64,000 bases of DNA. Origin: Candidatus Dormiibacterota bacterium (GTDB lineage: Bacteria > Chloroflexota > Dormibacteria > Aeolococcales > Aeolococcaceae). Below are positions 20,788 through 29,056 of this stretch, in pieces. Positions within the stretch are counted from its first letter, which is position 1. Every line of letters starts with the position of its first letter. A program made the translations under genes and the position numbers. The notes under the pieces were generated by a model. That model was not told the DNA's origin and ran no database searches. It saw only the letters and a program-made list of their open reading frames with translations. The stretch is taken from NCBI GenBank assembly GCA_036495095.1, contig DASXNK010000194.1, forward strand, positions 14,498-78,497. Direction: 5' to 3'.

Positions 20788-21016
20788 CGGGAGGGGGGAC
20801 CTCGTTGATGGAGCGGGTCGTGAGGTGCTCGCCACCTCGCGAGGACGACTGCGTTCCCAGGGGTGTTGGGGCGGTGTGCGGGGCGGGGACGCAGAGGTCC
20901 GGTGCTCCGTCGGCTGGGTGTGCCGACGCCTCCCTCCGGGTAAGCCCCGACATTGTACGAACGCGTAAAGGGGGTAGGCGTGGCGGGGTGTGTTGGGCGG
21001 GCGGTGAGCGGCGGGG

Positions 21017-22372
21017 TTGTACCCTTGCCGGGTGCCCAGCACCCTGCGACAGGACGGCGCCGCGGGGTCGCCGCCGGCGCGGCCCGGGGCGTCTCCGCCG
21101 CCGCGCCCCGGTGCGGAGCCCGGTCGCGTGGCGGCGCTGACCGCCCGCAGCGGCATCGAGCTGGGCGCCCTGCTCGCCGGCTGCGCCCTGCTCCGGGTGG
21201 GCGCCGCCGGGGCCGGCCAGGCGGTGCAGCTCGACCTCGTCGACCTCGGCGGGGGCCGTGCCAGCCACATCACCGTGGGCCTGGTGGGCGCCGCTCAGGC
21301 GGTGCCGGAGATGCTGCTGGCCTTCGGCCTCGCCCGCCTCGCGGACCGGTTCGGCCGCCGCCGCTTCCTCATCGGCGGCCCGCTCCTGGGGATGCTCGCC
21401 GTGCTCCTGCTCGCCGGCGCCGTGCACCCCGCGCAGATCGGCATCGCCCGGCTCTTCGAGGGGGTGGGCGCCGCCGCCTTCGTGCCCACCGCGCTCGGCA
21501 CCATCGCCGCCGCGACCTCCTCCGACCGGGCGGTCAGGGCGCGGGCGAGCGGCGCCTTCGAGGGCGCCACGCTGGTGGGCTACGCCGGCGGCTTCCTGGT
21601 GGGCCCGCTCTTCTATCACCTGCTCGGCAGGGGATGCTTCCTCGTCCTCGCCGCCTTCTACCTCGCCGCCGCGCTGGTCTCGCTGCGCTTCGTCCCCTGG
21701 ATCCCGCCGCTGCAGACCAGCCCGGTGGGGGTGATCATGCGGGCGATCACCGGGCCGGGTCCGATCCGGGTCTTCATCCCCGCCTGGCTGGCGGTGAACA
21801 CCCTGGTGGGCGGCTGGTACTTCAACCTCGCCTCGCTGCTCCGGCAGTCGCGCGACCCCTCCCAGACGCTGGTCCACGGCTTCGACAACCGGGTGATCTC
21901 CGCGATCCTGCTCGGCTGGGTGGTGCTGCTCATCCTCGGCATCCTCATCTGGACACCGGTGCTGCGCCGGATCGGCGGCCCGGCCACGATGCGCCGAGCC
22001 ATCCCCGGGGTCTACCTGATCGGCATCGGCACCCTGCTGATGAATCACCTGCCGCTGGCCTGGGCCCCGGCGCTGCTCCCGATCGCCGCCGTCGGGGTGA
22101 TGACCATCGGAGGGTTCGGACCCGCCGCGGTGGCCTACCTCGCCGACTGCTCGGAGAGCCTGGCCGCCGACCGTGCGGCGCTGATGGCCTTCTACACCAT
22201 CACCCTCGCAGGTGGCGGCGCACTCGGATCACTGCTCGGCGGCCTCCTGGCGAAGTGGCTGCTCCTCGACGGCCTGGTGCTGCTCGGCGTGCTCTGCGCC
22301 ACCGTCGCCCTGGTCTCGCTGAGCGCGGTGGTGCGCTACGAGCGGGGGCGCGAGGTGGTGCCGGAGCCCTGA
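21017..22372 (+). CDS. MFS transporter
   Basis: 12-TM pattern with MFS motif A '[15 protein letters not shown]'. Start uncertain (GTG 21017 from the track). Confidence 0.7.
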   Translation: MYPCRVPSTLRQDGAAGSPPARPGASPPPRPGAEPGRVAALTARSGIELGALLAGCALLRVGAAGAGQAVQLDLVDLGGGRASHITVGLVGAAQAVPEMLLAFGLARLADRFGRRRFLIGGPLLGMLAVLLLAGAVHPAQIGIARLFEGVGAAAFVPTALGTIAAATSSDRAVRARASGAFEGATLVGYAGGFLVGPLFYHLLGRGCFLVLAAFYLAAALVSLRFVPWIPPLQTSPVGVIMRAITGPGPIRVFIPAWLAVNTLVGGWYFNLASLLRQSRDPSQTLVHGFDNRVISAILLGWVVLLILGILIWTPVLRRIGGPATMRRAIPGVYLIGIGTLLMNHLPLAWAPALLPIAAVGVMTIGGFGPAAVAYLADCSESLAADRAALMAFYTITLAGGGALGSLLGGLLAKWLLLDGLVLLGVLCATVALVSLSAVVRYERGREVVPEP

Positions 22373-22376
22373 AGCT

Positions 22377-23450
22377 CTACCCCCCGGTGGCCGGCGCTGC
22401 CGCGGACCCGTTTGCGGACGGCGTCGCCGGCGTCGCCGGGACGTCGGCGGCGGGGGCCGGGGCGGGGAGCAGGCTGGCCCGGACCCGCTGGGCGATCTCG
22501 CCGAGCAGGTCGGGGTTCTGGCGCAGGAAGTCGCGGACGTTCTCGCGCCCCTGGCCGAGGCGCATGTCGCCGTAGCTGAACCAGGCGCCGCTCTTCTCGA
22601 CGATGCGGCTCTCCAGGGCGACGTCGAGGACGCTGCCCGCGTAGGAGATGCCCTCGTCGTAGAGGATGTCGAACTCGGCCGCGCGGAAGGGCGGGGCCAC
22701 CTTGTTCTTCACCACCTTGACCTTGACCCGGCTGCCGACCACGTCGAGGCCCTGCTTGATGGAGTCGATCTTGCGGATGTCCATGCGCACCGAGGCGTAG
22801 AACTTCAGCGCCCGGCCGCCGGTGGTGACCTCGGGGTTCCCGAACATCACCCCGACCTTCTCGCGCAGCTGGTTGATGAAGATCACGCTGGCGTTGGAGC
22901 GGCTGATGGCAGCGGTGAGCTTGCGCATCGCCTGGGACATCAGCCGGGCCTGGAGGCCGACGTGAGTGTCGCCCATCTCGCCGTCGATCTCCGCCTTGGG
23001 GACCAGCGCGGCGACGGAGTCGATGACGATCACGTCGACCGCACCGCTGCGCACCAGCACCTCGACGATCTCCAGGGCCTGCTCCCCGGTGTCGGGCTGG
23101 GAGATGAGCAGCTCCTCGGTGCGCACCCCGATGCGCGCGGCGTACTGGGGGTCGAGGGCGTGCTCGGCGTCGATGAAGGCGGCCACGCCCCCCCGCTTCT
23201 GGGCCTCGGCGATGATGTGGAGGGTGAGCGTGGTCTTGCCCGACGACTCCGGCCCGTAGATCTCGACCACCCGGCCGCGGGGCACGCCGCCGACGCCGAG
23301 GGCGATGTCGAGGGTCAGCGCCCCGGTGGGGATGGCGTCGACGTTGCGCTGCGCGTCGGCTGCCCCCAGCCGCATGATCGCGCCCTTTCCGTAGGAGCGC
23401 TCGATCTGGCCCAGCGCTGTGCTCAGCGCGCGTTCTCGCTCGGTGGACAC
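22377..23450 (-). CDS. recA: recombinase RecA
   Basis: '[26 protein letters not shown]', Walker A 'GPESSGKTT'. GTG 23450 preceded by AAGGAG. The 438-aa track ORF overextends upstream. Confidence 0.9.
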   Translation of the reverse strand: MSTERERALSTALGQIERSYGKGAIMRLGAADAQRNVDAIPTGALTLDIALGVGGVPRGRVVEIYGPESSGKTTLTLHIIAEAQKRGGVAAFIDAEHALDPQYAARIGVRTEELLISQPDTGEQALEIVEVLVRSGAVDVIVIDSVAALVPKAEIDGEMGDTHVGLQARLMSQAMRKLTAAISRSNASVIFINQLREKVGVMFGNPEVTTGGRALKFYASVRMDIRKIDSIKQGLDVVGSRVKVKVVKNKVAPPFRAAEFDILYDEGISYAGSVLDVALESRIVEKSGAWFSYGDMRLGQGRENVRDFLRQNPDLLGEIAQRVRASLLPAPAPAADVPATPATPSANGSAAAPATGG

Positions 23451-23604
23451 CGGCTCGGTCTCCTTGGGGGCGGCGCCACGCCGCCCGCTGCCTGCGGTGC
23501 TCCGGAGTGTCCCACTTTCCAGTGTGTTTGTCAATGCTTCAACTCCGGGGGTGGTCGGACCGAACATATGTATGGTAGCCGGACCCGCAGGGGGGCTGCA
23601 GGGA

Positions 23605-24261
23605 TCACCCCCCGGCGACCCGACCCCGTCCCCGGGCCGCCCGCCGGGCGGCCTCGGTGCAGAGACCCAGCGCCGCCCGCACCGCCACGCCACGGTTGGC
23701 CTCCCGCCCGTGGTCGCCCTCCAGGCGCACCGCCCGGCGCCGGCCGTCGGGGCCGGCGACCGCCACCCAGATGAGCCCCGGCGGCTTCTCCGAGCCGGCG
23801 GCGCCGGGGCCGGCGACGCCGGTGATCCCGAGGCCGATGTCGGCGTGGAGCCGGCGGCGCGCCCCGGCCGCCATCGCCAGCGCCACCGCCTCGCTCACCG
23901 CCCCGTGGGCCTCGATGAGCTCGGCGGGCACCAGGAGGAGGTCGATCTTCACCTCGTCGGCGTACGCGACCACCCCGCCGAGCATGTAGCGCGACGAGCC
24001 CGGCAGGGCGGTGATCACCGCCCCGAGCAGGCCGCCGGTGCACGACTCGGCGGTGGCCACGGTGAGGCCGGCGGCGAGCAGCGCCGCCGCGGACGCCGCC
24101 GACTCCGGGTAGAGCTCGGCCAGCAGCGGCTCCGCCGAGGGATCGCGGCGGGCGCGGCGCCGGACCAGCCCCCGGGCGGCCGCGCCGACGCCGACCCCGA
24201 TCGCCCCGGCCCCGGCGCCGATCAGCACCGAGATCGCCGCCCCCCGACCCTCGTCCGCCAT
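23605..24261 (-). CDS. cinA: CinA C-terminal domain protein / NMN amidohydrolase PncC-like
   Basis: '[25 protein letters not shown]...[40 protein letters not shown]'. The N-terminal 40 aa are hydrophobic, so the start is uncertain. Confidence 0.75.
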   Translation of the reverse strand: MADEGRGAAISVLIGAGAGAIGVGVGAAARGLVRRRARRDPSAEPLLAELYPESAASAAALLAAGLTVATAESCTGGLLGAVITALPGSSRYMLGGVVAYADEVKIDLLLVPAELIEAHGAVSEAVALAMAAGARRRLHADIGLGITGVAGPGAAGSEKPPGLIWVAVAGPDGRRRAVRLEGDHGREANRGVAVRAALGLCTEAARRAARGRGRVAGG

Positions 24262-24303
24262 CGCCCCGATGATACGGCCCGCCCGGCGGCTCCCACCCGG
24301 ACC

Positions 24304-24846
24304 TCAGACGACGAAGCGCCGGTACCGCCAGAGGTAGTCGAGCCCGCTGAGGACGGTGGCGGTGACCGCCAGGGCGACCGAGGCGATCGCGACCCCGTGG
24401 AGCACCGGGAACGGACGCTGCAGGATCAGCAGCTCGAGCATGAGGTTCTGGGTCAGGGTCTTCGACTTCCCCCACGGGGTCGAGCCGATCACCACGCCCT
24501 GGGAGGCGGCGAGCAGCCGCAGGCCGGTGATCAGGAACTCGCGGGAGACCACCACCAGCGCCACCCACGCCGGGATCACCGACGCGCTGACCATGATCAC
24601 CAGCACGGTGATCACCAGCAGCTTGTCGGCGAGCGGGTCGAGGAACTTGCCCAGCTCGGTCACCAGCCGCCGGCGGCGGGCGATCTCGCCGTCGAGGGTG
24701 TCGGTGGCGGCCGCGGTGGCGTAGACGGCGGCGCCGACCTGGTCGTGGTACGGGAACGACGCCGAGATCGAGTAGCCGACCACGGGGATCAGCGCCAGGC
24801 GCAGCAGGGTCAGCTGGGTGGGCAGGTTGAGCCGCGAGCGGATCAA
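24304..24846 (-). CDS. pgsA: CDP-diacylglycerol--glycerol-3-phosphate 3-phosphatidyltransferase
   Basis: CDP-alcohol phosphatidyltransferase motif 'DTLDGEIARRRRLVTELGKFLDPLADK'. TTG start overlaps the rimO stop (TTGA). Confidence 0.8.
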   Translation of the reverse strand: MIRSRLNLPTQLTLLRLALIPVVGYSISASFPYHDQVGAAVYATAAATDTLDGEIARRRRLVTELGKFLDPLADKLLVITVLVIMVSASVIPAWVALVVVSREFLITGLRLLAASQGVVIGSTPWGKSKTLTQNLMLELLILQRPFPVLHGVAIASVALAVTATVLSGLDYLWRYRRFVV

Positions 24847-26210
24847 CCCTCGACCGTCGCGGGGACGCCGGCCACCTGGTAGGTGCCCGCGGCGGTGATC
24901 CGCACGGTCAGGAAGCGGTCGAGGAGGGCGGCGGGGTCGTCGAGGCCGCGCACCACCACCCGGCCGTCGACCTCGGGCGCCTCGCGCTCGGACCGTCCCA
25001 GCAGCACCGGGGGACGGCCGCCCCGCCCCGGGGCCACCGCCTCGCCGAGGACGAGCAGGTCGCGGCCGACCACCCGCCGGTTGCGCGCCCGCGAGGCCGG
25101 AGCCTGGGCGGCGTACACGGCGCGGCGCCGCTCCTCCCGGAGCTCGGGCGCCACCTGGCCGGTCATCCGGGCGGCGACGGTGCCGTCCTCCTCCGAGTAG
25201 GCGAAGGCGGTGACCCAGTCGAGCTCGGCCTCGCCGAGGAAGTCGAGGAGGAACTGGAACTCAGCCTCGGTCTCCCCGGGGAAGCCGACCACGAAGGTGC
25301 TGCGCAGCGCCAGGTCGGGCATCGCGGCCCGGAGCCGGGCGAGGACGTGCATCGCCCGGTCGGCGCTGTACGGCCGCTTCATCCGCCGGAGCACGTCGGG
25401 GTGGACGTGCTGGAGCGGCATGTCGAGGTAGCGGGCCACGCAGGGGGTGGTCGCGATCGTCTCGATCAGCTCCTCGGAGACCCCCTCGAGGGTGGCGTAC
25501 ATCATCCGGATCCAGGTCGGCGCCGGCTCCAGGGCCGCCAGCCGGCGCAGCAGCTCGGAGAGCGAGCTGCGCTCGGGGAGGTCCTTCCCGTAGCCGGTGA
25601 GGTCCTGGGCGACCAGCACCAGCTCCTCGACCCCGCGGTCGAGGGCGGCGGCGGCCTCGGCGGCGATCACCTCCACCGGCTTGCTGCGCAGGTTGCCGGT
25701 GAACGACGGGATCGTGCAGAAGGCGCAGCGGAAGTTGCAGCCGTCGCTGAGCTTGAGGTACGTGGTCGCCGGCGCGGTGGGACGGAAGGGCAGCTGCGAG
25801 TAGTCCACCGGGCGCAGCTCCTCCACCCGCACCACCGGGCGTCCGATCCGGGGGCCGGCGAGCTCGTCGGGGAGCGCAGGCCAGTCGCGGGTGCCGATCA
25901 CCAGGTCGAGCTCGGGCATCGATTCCGCAAGGTCGGCGCCGTGACGCTGGGCGAGGCAGCCGCTCGCCACCAGCCGCATCCCGGGGTTGCGCCGCTTCAC
26001 CTCGCCGAGCTCGAGCAGGGTGTCGACCGACTCCTGGGCGGCGGCCTCGATGAATCCGCAGGTGTGCACGATGGCGACGTCGGCCTGCTCGGGGGAGGCC
26101 GCGGGCTCGTACCCCCGACCCTCCATCAGGCCCTCGAGGTAGCCGCCGTCCACCTGGTTCTTCGGGCAGCCGAGGACCCGCAGGTGGTAGGTCGGCGGCG
26201 TGCCGGCCAT
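24843..26210 (-). CDS. rimO: ribosomal protein S12 methylthiotransferase RimO (radical SAM, TRAM)
   Basis: 'YHLRVLGCPKNQVD', 'CNFRCAFCTIP', C-terminal TRAM. ATG 26210. The 635-aa track ORF includes 180 aa of out-of-frame yajQ region. Confidence 0.85.
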   Translation of the reverse strand: MAGTPPTYHLRVLGCPKNQVDGGYLEGLMEGRGYEPAASPEQADVAIVHTCGFIEAAAQESVDTLLELGEVKRRNPGMRLVASGCLAQRHGADLAESMPELDLVIGTRDWPALPDELAGPRIGRPVVRVEELRPVDYSQLPFRPTAPATTYLKLSDGCNFRCAFCTIPSFTGNLRSKPVEVIAAEAAAALDRGVEELVLVAQDLTGYGKDLPERSSLSELLRRLAALEPAPTWIRMMYATLEGVSEELIETIATTPCVARYLDMPLQHVHPDVLRRMKRPYSADRAMHVLARLRAAMPDLALRSTFVVGFPGETEAEFQFLLDFLGEAELDWVTAFAYSEEDGTVAARMTGQVAPELREERRRAVYAAQAPASRARNRRVVGRDLLVLGEAVAPGRGGRPPVLLGRSEREAPEVDGRVVVRGLDDPAALLDRFLTVRITAAGTYQVAGVPATVEG

Positions 26211-26212
26211 CG

Positions 26213-26704
26213 TCAGCGGTAGTTGGTGAACTGCAGGGGGACGTCGAGCTCGAGCTCGCGGAGGTCCTTGATCACACCCTGCAGCGTGTCCTTCTCCTTC
26301 GACGAGACCCGCAGCTTGTCGCCCTCGATGCGCACCTGCACCTTGGGATGCGCGGCGCGGATCCTCTTGTTGAGATCCCGGCCGAGATCGTCCGAGATGC
26401 CCTTTTTGAGCTTGACCACCTGGCGGAGGTTCCCCCTGGCGGCGTCCTCGGGCTTCTGGGGGTCGAGGATCTTGAGATCGATCCCACGGCGGTGCAGCTT
26501 GCTCTGGAGCACGTCGAGCATCGCCTTCAGATGCATGTCCGAGTCGCTCAGGAAGACCAGCTCGTCCTTCTCCTGGGTGATCTCGGCGGTCACGTTCTTG
26601 AAGTCGTAGCGGGTCGTGATCTCCCGCCGCGCCTGGTCGAGCGCGTTCACCAGCTCCTGCTGGTCGTAGTCGCTGACGACGTCGAAGCTGTGGTCTGTTG
26701 CCAT
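26213..26704 (-). CDS. yajQ: YajQ family (UPF0234) nucleotide/cyclic-di-GMP-binding protein
   Basis: 163 aa 'MATDHSFDVVSDYDQQELVNALDQARREITTRYDFKNVTAEI...' colinear with YajQ. Confidence 0.85.
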   Translation of the reverse strand: MATDHSFDVVSDYDQQELVNALDQARREITTRYDFKNVTAEITQEKDELVFLSDSDMHLKAMLDVLQSKLHRRGIDLKILDPQKPEDAARGNLRQVVKLKKGISDDLGRDLNKRIRAAHPKVQVRIEGDKLRVSSKEKDTLQGVIKDLRELELDVPLQFTNYR

Positions 26705-26731
26705 GGCGTAGCAGAGGATACTGAGCCAGCC

Positions 26732-27151
26732 ATGTCCACCGGTCCCCCACGCCCCGGAGCTCGCTCCGGATCGCCCTTCGAGGAGGCCTTCGGCTTCCGC
26801 CGCGCGGTGGCCGTCGACGGCCGGGTGGTGGTGTCCGGGACGGCGCCGATCGAGCCGGACGGCGGCTGCGCCGAGGGCGCCGGGGCCCAGGCGCGGCGGT
26901 GCCTGGCGATCATCGCCGAAGCGCTGCGGGAGCTCGGGGCGGCACCCGCCGACGTGGTCCGCACCCGGATGTACATCGTCGACCCCGAGGACGCCGAGGC
27001 GGTCGGCCGCGCCCATCTCGACGCCTTCGGCGAGGCCCGGCCGGCGGCGACGATGGTGGTGGTTGCCGGCCTCCTCGACCCCCGATGGCGGGTGGAGATC
27101 GAGGCCGAGGCCGAGGTCAGCCGGCCCGGAGCCGCCGCGCCACCAGGCTGA
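26732..27151 (+). CDS. RidA/YjgF/RutC family protein
   Basis: 'FGFRRAVAVDGRVVVSGT...RMYIVDPEDAEAVGRAHLDAFGEARPAATMVVVAGLLDPRWRVEIEAEA' matches the RidA fold pattern. Confidence 0.7.
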   Translation: MSTGPPRPGARSGSPFEEAFGFRRAVAVDGRVVVSGTAPIEPDGGCAEGAGAQARRCLAIIAEALRELGAAPADVVRTRMYIVDPEDAEAVGRAHLDAFGEARPAATMVVVAGLLDPRWRVEIEAEAEVSRPGAAAPPG

Positions 27152-27740
27152 GGTCGTCGACCAGGCGGGCCATCTCGAGGTGGCGCTGGCCGGGGTCGTC
27201 GACCCGCAGGACCGACGAGGGGTGCACGGTGACGTACGCCTCCCGGCCCCCCTCCAGGTCGAGGCACTCGCCGCGCTGGCGGGTCAGCCGCACCCCCGGC
27301 CCGAGCAGCGCCCGCACCGCGGTGGCTCCCATGGCGACGACGATGCGGGGGTTCACCGCCTCCAGCTCGGCGTCGAGCCACCGATGGCAGGCGTTGATCT
27401 CGCTGACCAGCGGGGTCTGGTGGATCCGCCGTGACCCTCGCCGCACCCACCTGAAGTGCTTCACCGCGTTGGTCACGTAGGCGGCGCCCCGGTCGATGCC
27501 CGCCTCGGCGAGCGCCCGGTCGAGGATCTGCCCGGCGGGACCGACGAAGGGACGGCCCTCCCGGTCCTCGCGATCGCCGGGCTGCTCGCCGACCAGCATG
27601 AGCGGGGCGGGCACCGGCCCCTCCCCGAACACCGTCCGGGTGGCGTGCTGGTGGAGCGAGCAGGCCGTGCACCGCGCCGCCCCGGCGCGCAGCGCCTCGA
27701 ACGCGGCGACCGGCGCCGCCACGACCTCGCCCCGTGCCAA
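27117..27740 (-). CDS. udgX: family 4 uracil-DNA glycosylase paralog with UdgX-type motifs
   Basis: 'CTAC' Fe-S ligands, 'GEGP', R-loop 'HFRWVRRGSRRIHQTP' (RRIH), motif B 'HPSSVLR'. TTG start with GGGGGTGAGG RBS. Confidence 0.65.
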   Translation of the reverse strand: MARGEVVAAPVAAFEALRAGAARCTACSLHQHATRTVFGEGPVPAPLMLVGEQPGDREDREGRPFVGPAGQILDRALAEAGIDRGAAYVTNAVKHFRWVRRGSRRIHQTPLVSEINACHRWLDAELEAVNPRIVVAMGATAVRALLGPGVRLTRQRGECLDLEGGREAYVTVHPSSVLRVDDPGQRHLEMARLVDDLSLVARRLRAG

Positions 27741-27888
27741 GCCTCACCCCCGTGCTTCATTTTCACAATACGATATATCCACTGCATCATAACTAGAGGT
27801 AACGCAGCGGTGGGGGTTCGAAGGGGAGTGTGGCCTCCCCCCCGGAGAAACCGGCCCGCCGCGAAACCCGTCACTGATATCCGAAGTG

Positions 27889-28221
27889 TCAGGTTATCCC
27901 CGACTTGTCCCCACTGTCCCCAGCCAGCTCGCGGAGCCGGTCGGACCAGAAACGGTGGCGGCCGTCGAGCCGGCTCTCCTCGGCGACGAGGATGACCAGG
28001 TCGTTGTCGAGCTCGGCGCGGGCGGCGTCGGCGCCCTTCCCGAGCCTGCTGGCCAGCTCGCTGATCAGCGCGCGCTTGAACTCGAGGAGCTCCGCGTACA
28101 CCGCCGTCCAGTGGGCGGCGTCCCGGGGGTCGGTGGACCGGAGGTCCCGGTCCTCGCCCGGGAGCCGGCGCTCCGGGTCCACCGCCCGCATGGCGGCGCG
28201 TCGGAGGTCGTCGTCGTCCAT
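27889..28221 (-). CDS. hypothetical acidic protein
   Basis: 110 aa, Asp/Arg-rich, predicted helical. No recognisable family. Confidence 0.35.
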   Translation of the reverse strand: MDDDDLRRAAMRAVDPERRLPGEDRDLRSTDPRDAAHWTAVYAELLEFKRALISELASRLGKGADAARAELDNDLVILVAEESRLDGRHRFWSDRLRELAGDSGDKSGIT

Positions 28222-28312
28222 GCGGGCGCCATCCTAGGCGCTGCCGTGCCGCTCCTGCCGCCCGGGACGGGGAGGGCCGGCCCCGGGCCGGCCCTCCCGC
28301 CCGCTCACGGGG

Positions 28313-28957
28313 TCAGAGACCCGCGCACTGCCCGGTCTCGGCGCCGGACACGGTGTTCGGGGGGCCGAACGTGAAGGGTGGGCTCGCATTGCCGCTGCAC
28401 GCCAGCGAGCCACGGATGGTGTTCCCCCCGATGAGGAGCGGGTTCCCGGTGTTGCTGGCCACCGCCACCCCACCGGAGATCTGGTTGCCGTCCAGAACGA
28501 CGGAGGAGTGGTTGCCCGCGAGGGTCACCCCACCCAGCAGGGTGTTCGGGCGGCAGGGAGTGTCCTCCTGCTGCAGGAGCTGAGCGAGATCGGGTCCGCC
28601 GAGGAGGAGGAAGCCGGTCGCGCCCCGCATCGTCACCGCGCCCTTGACCGTGCTCCCGCACATCGTCACCGAGGTGGCGCCGTCGCCGCTGACACCGCCC
28701 TTCACCGTCGCCCCGTCCATGAACAGGGTGCCCCCGGGCCGGACGATCACCGCGCCCGGCACGGTGACGTTGATCAGGCAGACGGTCTGCCCGGGACCCA
28801 CGATCACCGGCGACCCGCTCGGGTTGGTGGTGCAGCCGGTGGGCGGGGTGCAGGCGGTGAGCCCGAGCCCTCCCAGCACCGGGCCGATCACCGCCGCCGC
28901 CATCTGCGCGGCGCGCCGGCGCGACCGGCCACGCGGGCGCGTCTCGCTGCTTGCCAT
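28313..28957 (-). CDS. lipoprotein with glycine-rich parallel beta-helix-like repeats
   Basis: Tat/lipobox-like N-terminus 'RRRAAQMAAAVIGPVLGGLGLTAC'. Repeated 'GxTVxGGV..G' units. Confidence 0.45.
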   Translation of the reverse strand: MASSETRPRGRSRRRAAQMAAAVIGPVLGGLGLTACTPPTGCTTNPSGSPVIVGPGQTVCLINVTVPGAVIVRPGGTLFMDGATVKGGVSGDGATSVTMCGSTVKGAVTMRGATGFLLLGGPDLAQLLQQEDTPCRPNTLLGGVTLAGNHSSVVLDGNQISGGVAVASNTGNPLLIGGNTIRGSLACSGNASPPFTFGPPNTVSGAETGQCAGL

Positions 28958-29056
28958 GTCCCTGTCCCCCTCCCGTGGGTGGCCCGAACGATGCGGACCG
29001 ACTCCCTGTTGCCCTCCTTCAGTCGTCCGGCGGCCGCGGAACCCTGCGGTCCCCGG

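Noticed and set aside
22962-23774. Plus-strand ORFs antisense to recA/cinA
   Set aside because: Antisense shadow ORFs; the opposite strand has unambiguous RecA and CinA motifs.
27800-27850. GGTTCGAA-containing segment (gggGGTTCGAAgggg) resembling a tRNA T-loop
   Set aside because: Flanking sequence cannot form a T-stem or acceptor stem on either strand, so this is not a tRNA.
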